DNA of 36,710 nucleotides from an uncultured virus (IMG/VR IMGVR_UViG_3300044712_001838) (taxonomy: Duplodnaviria > Heunggongvirae > Uroviricota > Caudoviricetes): the IMG/VR virus record IMGVR_UViG_3300044712_001838. One strand, 5' to 3'. The translations under genes were made by a program, and so were the position numbers. The notes below the pieces were generated by a model that worked only from the letters and a program-made list of their open reading frames with translations, made no database searches and was not told where the DNA came from. Shown one piece after another: positions 8,111 to 15,294 of this stretch; the stretch's first letter is position 1; every line of letters starts with the position of its first letter.

Positions 8111-8491
8111 TTAATTGCCGGACTTCTCGCAGAAGACCTTCCAATCGAAGTCCTTGGTATCAACGGAGATACCGAAACGCCCCATCTCAGACTGCAACGC
8201 GCCATCTGCCCGGACCACATCCTCTTGGTCGACTGGATCGACATGGATCAAGCCGGCGCTGAACAACCGATTCGGCTCAGGAACCTCGAACGCCAGGGCT
8301 TCGATGCCGACAACCGTCTTGTTAGAGTCAAAGAAGAACTGGACGCGAGGTGCAAATGGGGAGAATTGGTCCTTCAGAGCAGCCAGGATCTTCTCCGTTG
8401 GCGTCTCCGGACCGTAATCGACGCCCGCAACGGACGCCAAATACTCTGTAGGGACTGTCGTGCAGCGGTACATCCGAGCAGTGATCTTCAT
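8111..8491 (-). CDS. hypothetical protein
   Basis: AGGAGG RBS; 126 aa. Confidence 0.7.
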   Translation of the reverse strand: MKITARMYRCTTVPTEYLASVAGVDYGPETPTEKILAALKDQFSPFAPRVQFFFDSNKTVVGIEALAFEVPEPNRLFSAGLIHVDPVDQEDVVRADGALQSEMGRFGISVDTKDFDWKVFCEKSGN

Positions 8492-8554
8492 CGTCGCCTC
8501 CTGGTGATGTTCATCAACCAGGAGCGATTATACAACGTCCGGTGTCATGTCTAG

Positions 8555-8588
8555 AAACAGCGAAGGCTGTCTCGAAGAGGCAGCCTTG
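8555..8588 (-). terminator. hairpin, possible terminator
   Basis: AAGGCTG-CTC/GAG-CAGCCTT stem with a short T tail on -. Confidence 0.45.
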
Positions 8589-8628
8589 CTAGGCGGGATT
8601 GAACGGGGATGTCGCCCTAGGCCTCGCC

Positions 8629-8657
8629 TGAATACCGCGCGAAGCAGGTTATGTCAA
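8629..8657 (-). promoter_or_regulatory. sigma70-like promoter
   Basis: TTGACA-N17-TATTCA. Confidence 0.5.
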
Positions 8658-8726
8658 GGGCGGTCGGCAAACTTCACTCTACATCAACAGTGAACTTTGT
8701 CAATATAAAAAGATTAGAAATATCTC

Positions 8727-8770
8727 AGAAAACAACAATCCCCTCAGCAGCGGTTGCCAAGGGGATTGTC
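8727..8770 (-). terminator. probable terminator
   Basis: ACAATCCCCT/AGGGGATTGT stem followed on - by TGTTTT. Confidence 0.55.
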
Positions 8771-9051
8771 TTCAGCCGTTGTTCAGGCCGCCGGTCAGTA
8801 ATAACAATTAGCTCACGAACGCGAAGTGACGCATTTGACTTTCCCCCATCCTGCGGTTAACAGGCTCCGTCGCCTGATTTGAGGTTAGTGCCCAGTCTGC
8901 ATAAGGGGACAATTTCTCCCCTTTTATGCATTCTCGCTCCATGCAGGCGGCAGGTACGCCCGACATTTCGACATCGCAAGCATTCGCCCCACGGTACGGC
9001 AGATTGTTACAAACCCATACTACCACGTCTTCACTTAAAGTCAAGCGGAAT

Positions 9052-9378
9052 CTACCGCAAGTTGACATTGCGGCAGTTGCCCGCGTACGTATGTCCGGTC
9101 GGCGCCACCCGCCGAGCAAAGCGAGCATCGTTCAACGCATCTTCCGGACTGGAGCCGACGCCTTCGACCCGCAAATGGAAGCTCTCCCATCGCCGGACGG
9201 TCGGTCCCAACGGCGAGTCCGTACTGAGCAGATAGAACTCAGCAGGCTCTCCAGGCGGGTTGCTGACGACCTTCGCGCTGTCGTAGCGAAGCATGTCCAT
9301 AATGTCATGGACCGCATTCGCCTTGTCTTCCAGCGCGTCCTTTTTGATCAAGAAGTACCAAACCTTCGGTTTCGCCAC
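9052..9378 (-). CDS. phage hypothetical protein (DMLRYD…PTxxRWxSF)
   Basis: GGGAGGG RBS, GTG start. Confidence 0.7.
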   Translation of the reverse strand: MAKPKVWYFLIKKDALEDKANAVHDIMDMLRYDSAKVVSNPPGEPAEFYLLSTDSPLGPTVRRWESFHLRVEGVGSSPEDALNDARFARRVAPTGHTYAGNCRNVNLR

Positions 9379-9403
9379 GGTCCTGTCCCTCCCTTTGATC
9401 CTG

Positions 9404-9428
9404 TCGCCTGCTCCTAATGGAGTCCTAA
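9404..9428 (-). promoter_or_regulatory. 25-bp element copy 10
   Basis: TTAGGactccaTTAGGAGCAGGCGA on -. Confidence 0.85.
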
Positions 9429-9829
9429 GTCAAGCTTGCGTAAATCATTTCTTTGAGTTCTTCTTCAAGCCTGTTACGCCCCGCCGTCTTGTGGACAATG
9501 GCAGAAACCGTAGCATCGCTAAGAAGAGCGTCAAAAACCTCTTGCGAACGCTCAGTAGCATCCGCTAAACAACTCTCGCAAACAAGTACCTTGTTCCAAG
9601 CAGGCGACTTGGCAATCTTTTCAACAGCAGTTTGGACAGTCTTCCGAGCGTCGCGCCAGCCCATTTCGTAAACAGCTTGACCAGACTCCGTCCAGCGTGT
9701 CATTCCGAACTGCTTTAAGCCTTTCGGTGAGATGCCGTAGTAAGCACTTATCGGCAACCCCGCCCGATAGTCTTTCGCCCCCTTCTCTTTTAAGGCGACA
9801 ACTCTGGAACTCTCTAGTTTCGCGTTCAT
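9425..9829 (-). CDS. hypothetical protein, N-terminal RMF/CrpP-like segment
   Basis: GAKDYRAGLP…YEMGWRDA; ATG 7 nt after element. Confidence 0.65.
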   Translation of the reverse strand: MNAKLESSRVVALKEKGAKDYRAGLPISAYYGISPKGLKQFGMTRWTESGQAVYEMGWRDARKTVQTAVEKIAKSPAWNKVLVCESCLADATERSQEVFDALLSDATVSAIVHKTAGRNRLEEELKEMIYASLT

Positions 9830-9836
9830 GATTCTC

Positions 9837-9861
9837 TCGCCTGCTCCTAACGCAACCCTAA
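9837..9861 (-). promoter_or_regulatory. 25-bp element copy 11
   Basis: TTAGGgttgcgTTAGGAGCAGGCGA on -. Confidence 0.85.
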
Positions 9862-10106
9862 ACCTGCTCCAGCTTGACGACCCCATCAGAGCCAATGCTC
9901 TTGACGCTGACCGGAACATTGCCGTCGCGCCGGACGAGGACGACCTCGGTAGCGACTGATTTGAACCCCGTCATCACAACATGAGACAGCAACATCCGAT
10001 CCTCAACCGTAACATCCAGCAACATGAAGTTGCCTGCTTGAAAAGACAGTGTCTTCTTGGCAGGATGCTTGATTCTGATCTGAATCGCCGCTTGAATGCG
10101 CCTCAT
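9858..10106 (-). CDS. hypothetical protein
   Basis: 82 aa; stop supplied by element. Confidence 0.65.
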   Translation of the reverse strand: MRRIQAAIQIRIKHPAKKTLSFQAGNFMLLDVTVEDRMLLSHVVMTGFKSVATEVVLVRRDGNVPVSVKSIGSDGVVKLEQV

Positions 10107-10107
10107 T

Positions 10108-10377
10108 TTAACCCCGCTTCCTGTACCAGTAAAACTGCCCGTCCTTCACACTCTCCGCAACGCAAAGCCCGTTCTCCAACGCCAGATGGCGACATTTGTA
10201 GCCAGGATTCTTCGGACAATCGGCAAAAAAGCTGCCGACAACCTTGACCACCGTCCCGCCTAACTGCGGCGGAAGCCGAACATCGTCCGGAACATCCCCG
10301 CCAAACAGCAACGCGCACTCTTCCTCGTTGACCGGAAGCCCGCCTGGTACTTTGTTGAAGCGCATCGTATCGCCCAT
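10108..10377 (-). CDS. hypothetical protein
   Basis: GGAG RBS; 89 aa. Confidence 0.65.
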   Translation of the reverse strand: MGDTMRFNKVPGGLPVNEEECALLFGGDVPDDVRLPPQLGGTVVKVVGSFFADCPKNPGYKCRHLALENGLCVAESVKDGQFYWYRKRG

Positions 10378-10379
10378 TA

Positions 10380-10548
10380 CTAATCTCCGTGATCAGCATC
10401 ATTCTTGATATTGATTGCCGTCTGCTCGGCGGCTTTGTCGATGGCAAGCCCTAACAGGATCTCGACAGCATCACGGCTGAAACTTTCTTTCTTTCTTAGC
10501 CGGAAGAACCTTTTCGATGATTTGTTCTTTTTGCCAGTCGCTTATCAT
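10380..10548 (-). pseudogene. small gene apparently frameshifted in an (AAAG)n run
   Basis: Removing one AAAG unit at 10483-10497 gives a 54-aa ORF that fills the gap. Confidence 0.45.
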
Positions 10549-10751
10549 TTCAGCCCCTTGGGGATCTCCCCCGTCCAGATGGCGACCGTTTCCCCATCGC
10601 CTACGAACACGAAGTACCCCTTCTCCGAAATGGCATTGACCGTATATTTGCCTGTCTGCTGCAAAAGCCCGACTGGCTTCGTCTTTCGGTACGGGTACGG
10701 ATTCCCGCACATCGTAAAGACCGACCCTGTCTCAAGCTCGCCAAAGTTCAT
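10545..10751 (-). CDS. hypothetical protein
   Basis: 68 aa; ATGA-coupled. Confidence 0.65.
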   Translation of the reverse strand: MNFGELETGSVFTMCGNPYPYRKTKPVGLLQQTGKYTVNAISEKGYFVFVGDGETVAIWTGEIPKGLK

Positions 10752-10918
10752 TTCTTTCCCCCAATGCGGGGAGTCAGATGAACAATCTCTCCGGTGTCTC
10801 GCTCGATCTCAAGCTCCCGCGCTGCATTCTCGCAAATATGCGCCATGCCCGCGTTCCCTTGCCGCCGCTCGCGCGCCGCCGCTCCCCGCCAACATTTGAT
10901 CGCTTCATTAAAGCTCAT
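10748..10918 (-). CDS. small hypothetical protein (56 aa, not in ORF track)
   Basis: MSFNEAIKCW…; ATGA overlaps at both ends. Confidence 0.6.
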   Translation of the reverse strand: MSFNEAIKCWRGAAARERRQGNAGMAHICENAARELEIERDTGEIVHLTPRIGGKK

Positions 10919-11094
10919 GAGAATCCCTTGGATTTACGCTGTCGCGGAACTAACCCCTTCAACCCGCTACATTCTGACTCTCTGAACCCACCAATTCGGC
11001 GGCGACAAGATTTGCAAGTAACCTTGAGACTCGCGCTAATGGGTAGCAGAGTCTCTACCGTCTTCTTGCAAATAAAACAAGTCGCCTGCCCCAT
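10915..11094 (-). CDS. small zinc-ribbon protein
   Basis: CFIC…CKSC. Confidence 0.55.
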   Translation of the reverse strand: MGQATCFICKKTVETLLPISASLKVTCKSCRRRIGGFRESECSGLKGLVPRQRKSKGFS

Positions 11095-11095
11095 A

Positions 11096-11347
11096 CTAGA
11101 CCCCATCGAAAACAACAATATTGCCAGTCCGCTTGACAATGGCAACCGCATTCTCAGCAGGCGACCAGACGGCGACTGAATCGTTGATATTCCCGACCGC
11201 CGCCAAAAGATCGGCGTCTGCTTTGTTCAGGCGACGCTCAATCGCGTCGTAGTTCCGAACGGTCCCAAGGACCTTCCCGCGAACCTTTTTGAACTCATGG
11301 ATGTAGCGAGTCGCCGCCTTGACGCAGTCTGCCTTGTTGTTTTTCAT
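11096..11347 (-). CDS. hypothetical protein
   Basis: ATG 7 nt after element. Confidence 0.7.
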   Translation of the reverse strand: MKNNKADCVKAATRYIHEFKKVRGKVLGTVRNYDAIERRLNKADADLLAAVGNINDSVAVWSPAENAVAIVKRTGNIVVFDGV

Positions 11348-11354
11348 GATAGCG

Positions 11355-11379
11355 TCGCCTGCTCCTAATGAAAGCCTAA
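11355..11379 (-). promoter_or_regulatory. 25-bp element copy 12
   Basis: TTAGGctttcaTTAGGAGCAGGCGA on -. Confidence 0.85.
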
Positions 11380-11392
11380 ATCCAGAAGGCAC

Positions 11393-12034
11393 TCAGTCCC
11401 TGTACTTGACCTTGAACCAGCCAGGATTCTCTTTCGCCCGATTGAAGTCGCCCCGCAACGTCGATCCCGCCAGCTTCATCACCAGCCCCTCGCTGATGAC
11501 CCCATCGCTCCCCCGCTGACCCGCCTCGTACTCCCGCTCCAACCGCTCAAACAACTCAACAAACCCGCTCCGAACGCTCTTGCAGACGACAATGCGCGGC
11601 GTCTTGACTTTCGCCTTCGCAAAGTGCAACTCCAAGAGTGTAACCAAGTTAGCGAGACGCTGCTCGTACGGAATGTCGCCCTGCCATTGACCCTGATAGT
11701 ACAAAAGGTCGAATACCTCGAACCAATGGCGACCGCCTGTAAATTCAGTGTCCCGATTGCCCATCCATTCCATGTCGAACGCAGTGCCATCGGGAATGTT
11801 GAGAGTGTCAAGCTCCGCCACCAAATCCGCCGGCGGCTGCGACTTCGCCTCAACTCCCGTCTCGTACTTGGAATGAAACGTCCAGATCCCCTGCTTGTAC
11901 CCCGGTCGCCTCCAACCGTTCCGCTTGATCTGCCCAATCCAAGTCCCAGGCTCCTTGTCCGCCTGCTCAAGCAGTTCGCGGAAGTGCCTTATCGGATTGT
12001 CCGGACAACGAAATGGCATCGGTTTCGTCAACAT
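11393..12034 (-). CDS. ATP-dependent ligase-family nucleotidyltransferase, adenylation domain only
   Basis: Motifs I KRNGWR, III FDMEW, IIIa FEVFDLL, IV EGLVMK, V WFKVK; protein ends right after motif V; start 12034 or 12055. Confidence 0.8.
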   Translation of the reverse strand: MLTKPMPFRCPDNPIRHFRELLEQADKEPGTWIGQIKRNGWRRPGYKQGIWTFHSKYETGVEAKSQPPADLVAELDTLNIPDGTAFDMEWMGNRDTEFTGGRHWFEVFDLLYYQGQWQGDIPYEQRLANLVTLLELHFAKAKVKTPRIVVCKSVRSGFVELFERLEREYEAGQRGSDGVISEGLVMKLAGSTLRGDFNRAKENPGWFKVKYRD

Positions 12035-12252
12035 CAGTTGCTCCCCGCATGGCATTCCCCATGCCGCGCCACGACCGCATTGGAAACTGCCCCTGCCAAT
12101 ACAATCTCCCCGCCAGCCAAACTCGCCGCCCCGCCCGCAACCGCCAGTAACAGGCGACGGTCGGCTTCTAGGGCGGCAGCTTGCGGTGTCATGCCAGCGG
12201 CTGCCAGTTTTTCGGCAATGATGCGGGCAAGTTCGGTTCTTTGAAACTTCAT
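12034..12252 (-). CDS. Ala-rich hypothetical protein
   Basis: GAGGAG RBS. Confidence 0.6.
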   Translation of the reverse strand: MKFQRTELARIIAEKLAAAGMTPQAAALEADRRLLLAVAGGAASLAGGEIVLAGAVSNAVVARHGECHAGSN

Positions 12253-12389
12253 CGGTACTCCTCGCCGCGCTCAGACCGGATAAAGGCTTCTGTCCGGATA
12301 GCCGCCGTCGATTGCTGCAACCCCTGTTGGGAGGTCAACCAAGCAATCCAACGGCGATACAAGTCCGGATTCCGCACTCTGATAAACAT
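12249..12389 (-). CDS. small hypothetical protein (46 aa)
   Basis: GAGG RBS; ATGA-coupled to the next gene. Confidence 0.5.
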   Translation of the reverse strand: MFIRVRNPDLYRRWIAWLTSQQGLQQSTAAIRTEAFIRSERGEEYR

Positions 12390-12400
12390 GGGTGCCTCGA

Positions 12401-12442
12401 AATGAAATGGGGCGGGAACAAGCCCCTTGTTGTCCCCGCCCC
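12401..12442 (-). terminator. probable terminator
   Basis: GGGGCGGG-AACAAG/CTTGTT-CCCGCCCC stem followed on - by ATTTCATTT. Confidence 0.6.
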
Positions 12443-12461
12443 CAACGCTCAGGAAGGGCGC

Positions 12462-13292
12462 TTACTTTTTGGAGCGCGCCGTTTCCTCTTGACGAACCTT
12501 CAGAGTGCCGTTGCCAATGGTCAGCAACCCCTCGTTCTTCGCCTTCTTGACCTTCTGCTCGACAATCGGGTCCAGCGAATAGTCGCTCGCCAGACACGCC
12601 GCCTTACCGTCTGCCGTCTTGCGCAGGACGATCATCGGGACGTAGTCGAAGAACGTCGCGAAGTTACAGCCGCCGTCCTCGGGCATCGCCGTCCCCGCCA
12701 GCATGCGCTGCAACTGCGCCAAGCGCGCCGGAGAGTTGGAAACGTCCGACTTGAGTGTCAGCACGTTCTCGACGTTGAAATACTTGTTCCAGCCGTCCAT
12801 GCCGAAGATTTCTTGCAGGTTCTTCTTGAACCAGGGCAAGGTCCGCTCTTTGGCAGGGTCCAGCTTGCCAACGTCGATGGCGAAGTACGTAAACGTCAGC
12901 CCGCCAGCGCAGACCGACATGTAGAAGACCTTGTCCGCGCGGCAGAGCTTCAGACGCTCGGCTTCAAGGACCGGACGAATCTGACCGCCCGCCAAATCCT
13001 TGTTCGCCTTCGCCGCCTTCTCTTTGGTGTCTTCCTCGACGTACTTGACAATCGCCCCCTTGATGCCATCGGGAGTCGTAATCTCCGGCGTGTCGCCCTT
13101 CTTGACGGGCTTCGGCGCCGCCTGCATCCCCATCGACGCCAGCATATCATCCGCAGTCTGCTGCGCGGGCGGGCAAGGCGGAACAACCTTGTCCGAGACC
13201 GGAACGTTCGGGATTGTCTCCGCCACTGTCTGCGTCGGGGTCGGAGCAACCGCTGTCCCGCCTTCCGTCGCCTGTTTGGTCCGCTTTGCCAT
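12462..13292 (-). CDS. hypothetical protein, probably highly expressed
   Basis: AAGGAGAG RBS; biased codons; own element and terminator. Confidence 0.8.
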   Translation of the reverse strand: MAKRTKQATEGGTAVAPTPTQTVAETIPNVPVSDKVVPPCPPAQQTADDMLASMGMQAAPKPVKKGDTPEITTPDGIKGAIVKYVEEDTKEKAAKANKDLAGGQIRPVLEAERLKLCRADKVFYMSVCAGGLTFTYFAIDVGKLDPAKERTLPWFKKNLQEIFGMDGWNKYFNVENVLTLKSDVSNSPARLAQLQRMLAGTAMPEDGGCNFATFFDYVPMIVLRKTADGKAACLASDYSLDPIVEQKVKKAKNEGLLTIGNGTLKVRQEETARSKK

Positions 13293-13338
13293 TTGCCTTG
13301 CTCTCCTTAATCTGAGTCCCTTGTCCTGCACAAACTGC

Positions 13339-13363
13339 TCGCCTGCTCCTAATGAAAACCTAA
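13339..13363 (-). promoter_or_regulatory. 25-bp element copy 13
   Basis: TTAGGttttcaTTAGGAGCAGGCGA on -. Confidence 0.85.
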
Positions 13364-13770
13364 ATCAGCGGCAACCGCCCGCCGTTCGTCTCCTGTTCAA
13401 TGACCGGAACCATCTTCGCGCAGAGCTTCACCAACGACTCGTTGCGCAAATCAAAGTTCCCCTCTTTCGCCTTCCCCGCCCACATCTTGACCAACTCGAC
13501 CAGCAGGCGACCAAACCCCTGCTGAAGCGTCCGATGAGTGTAATGAACCGCCTCGGTACAGAAACCCTTGATCACCTCGTCCTCATTGGAAAGGGTATTC
13601 AGCGCGTCCATTATGCCCCGCGCCATGCGCTTTCCCGCTTCCGCCCCGCCAATCCGTGGATAGTCGGCGGCTAGGGCGGCTTTGGCAACCTCTTTCGGGT
13701 CCCCCTTGCCGTCCCGAATGTCCTGCAACGCCGCCCGTAGCTTGCTTTCCATCGCTTCCGTATCGTACAT
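13360..13770 (-). CDS. phage hypothetical protein (HRTLQQ…DxRNE)
   Basis: GGAGG RBS; 136 aa. Confidence 0.75.
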   Translation of the reverse strand: MYDTEAMESKLRAALQDIRDGKGDPKEVAKAALAADYPRIGGAEAGKRMARGIMDALNTLSNEDEVIKGFCTEAVHYTHRTLQQGFGRLLVELVKMWAGKAKEGNFDLRNESLVKLCAKMVPVIEQETNGGRLPLI

Positions 13771-13820
13771 ACCGCCCTCCGCAACCCGCTGGCGATCCTG
13801 TCGGATTGAAATCCGTCAGG

Positions 13821-13848
13821 ATTCTAACCCGCTTACCAGAAATGTCAA
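13821..13848 (-). promoter_or_regulatory. sigma70-like promoter
   Basis: TTGACA-N16-TAGAAT. Confidence 0.6.
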
Positions 13849-14156
13849 GCGGTTTTCTTCGCCGCCTGCTCAACCAATTCCCAAATCTTCGACATCTGCT
13901 GATGGTCGAATGTCCCATGGCAGAGGAAAACAAGCTGGTTCAAGACCATGACCGTCACCGGATGGAAACGAACCCAAGCCGTATTATGGTCCTTCATCTT
14001 GAGCAGTTCCTCGTTCATCCGTTGCCAGGAATTCACCAGGGCAACCAAGTTCGGCGCCGACTGCATGTTCAGGACGTCCTGTGCCATCTTCTTGGGGATG
14101 TCGTCCACAGTATAGAAGTAGTCGCCCAAACTAAGCTCGATCTTCTTTTCAGCCAT
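13845..14156 (-). CDS. hypothetical protein
   Basis: GGAGG RBS; 103 aa. Confidence 0.75.
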   Translation of the reverse strand: MAEKKIELSLGDYFYTVDDIPKKMAQDVLNMQSAPNLVALVNSWQRMNEELLKMKDHNTAWVRFHPVTVMVLNQLVFLCHGTFDHQQMSKIWELVEQAAKKTA

Positions 14157-14177
14157 CTCTATTACCCTCCAGTCAGG

Positions 14178-14202
14178 TCGCCTGCTCCTAATGCAACCCT
14201 AA
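14178..14202 (-). promoter_or_regulatory. 25-bp element copy 14
   Basis: TTAGGgttgcaTTAGGAGCAGGCGA on -. Confidence 0.85.
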
Positions 14203-14495
14203 CCCATTATGTCTTTCACTAACTGAGCAGCCAACGCCGCCAGTTCCGCCTCGTCTTGTTCCAAAACAACCACGTCCGGCATCGAAATGATCGTCGGCGC
14301 TGAAGGGTCGGCTGGCTCGGGTTCCGGAATCTCTTCTCCGGCTTCCTGTAACGCTGCCAACGCCCGCGCGCTCTCTTCCTGTTCCCTCAACTGGTTCTCA
14401 GTCAAGGTCGCCGCCCAACGCGATTTGTCGTACCCGCAGTCAGTTTCTGCGTCGCCTTCTTGTTCACCCAAGTCCTTTGCCCACTCAGGGATCAT
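14199..14495 (-). CDS. acidic hypothetical protein
   Basis: GGAGG RBS before MIPEWAK; very Glu/Asp-rich. Confidence 0.7.
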   Translation of the reverse strand: MIPEWAKDLGEQEGDAETDCGYDKSRWAATLTENQLREQEESARALAALQEAGEEIPEPEPADPSAPTIISMPDVVVLEQDEAELAALAAQLVKDIMG

Positions 14496-14584
14496 GCCAA
14501 CCTCCATGTCAGTTTGACAAAAATCTGTCCAGCACTTCTACACATCAACTTGCGGTGTGCCGTTTCATCGGCTACCATTCCCAT
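14492..14584 (-). CDS. 30-aa peptide
   Basis: ATG 7 nt after element copy 15; ATGA-coupled to the next gene. Confidence 0.4.
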   Translation of the reverse strand: MGMVADETAHRKLMCRSAGQIFVKLTWRLA

Positions 14585-14591
14585 GAGGCAA

Positions 14592-14616
14592 GCGGCTGCT
14601 CCTAACGGAAACCTAA
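14592..14616 (-). promoter_or_regulatory. 25-bp element copy 15 (variant)
   Basis: TTAGGtttccgTTAGGAGCAGCCGC on -. Confidence 0.75.
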
Positions 14617-14781
14617 TCCGACAGAGCCGCCGCCTGCTGCCAGTGTCTTCTTTTTGACCGCAAGCCGTCGCCTGCGGTCCGGTGTCATGCTCCGCCCTGC
14701 TTGTAATGACAAGCTCAGGCAACGGTGCCAAGCCCGGCAGGCGACTTTTTGCCGACTTGGGACCATTTCGCGGAGATCGCC

Positions 14782-15294
14782 ATGACAAACCTGTTTCCAG
14801 TGTCAAAAGAGATCGAGGCGTTCGCCGCCCTGCTCACGGAAGCCCAAGTCTGCCTGCTTGACACTAAGAAGGCGACAGCCCGCCAGGTTACCGAAAATCT
14901 ATTGGAAGCCGTCCAGCAGTTCGCGGATGGCGACCTTCAGGGTTGCTTGAAGTCCCTGAATCAGGCGACCCGCAAAGAACCGCGCCCCGTACTGCCTCCG
15001 GAACTCCAAGATCCCAATATCTTCGAGAACTATAGAAAAATTCTAATGAACAGGGAAGGTCGCCATCGAGTGTCGCTCATGCCAGTTACGGGCTTCGCCG
15101 CTAGGGAGTTGGCTGATGCCGTCGCCTTCGTGCTCGGCACTCATGGCGAGAACTCAAGGATCATGTATCGGGCGAGAACCTTTGCGTGCTTCCTCCTCAT
15201 CGCCTGCGAGAGCGTACTAGCAGGCGACGTCGCTGGCGGAGAGCGGTTCCTCGCCAACCATCTCGACATCATGAAAGCCCTGGCTGGCAAGTAA
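14782..15294 (+). CDS. hypothetical helical protein
   Basis: GGAG RBS; lone + gene next to the non-coding region. Confidence 0.7.
   Translation: MTNLFPVSKEIEAFAALLTEAQVCLLDTKKATARQVTENLLEAVQQFADGDLQGCLKSLNQATRKEPRPVLPPELQDPNIFENYRKILMNREGRHRVSLMPVTGFAARELADAVAFVLGTHGENSRIMYRARTFACFLLIACESVLAGDVAGGERFLANHLDIMKALAGK

Noticed and set aside
8808..9128. 106-aa - strand ORF
   Set aside because: Overlaps 9052-9378 and has no convincing start or RBS; a shorter gene may exist but cannot be supported
12312..13310. 332-aa + strand ORF
   Set aside because: Antisense shadow of 12462-13292
486..14616. 25-bp element as integron attC sites (GTTAGGC resembles GTTRRRY)
   Set aside because: The G before TTAGG is not conserved, there is no inverse core or long imperfect palindrome, and no integrase in the window
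486..14616. 25-bp element as a CRISPR repeat
   Set aside because: Copies are separated by whole genes (250 bp to several kb), the repeat has a variable core, and no cas genes are seen
486..14616. Element as merely an extended Shine-Dalgarno
   Set aside because: AGGAG is 14 nt from the ATG in the fixed-offset copies and the other copies have a separate SD; some contribution to translation is not excluded
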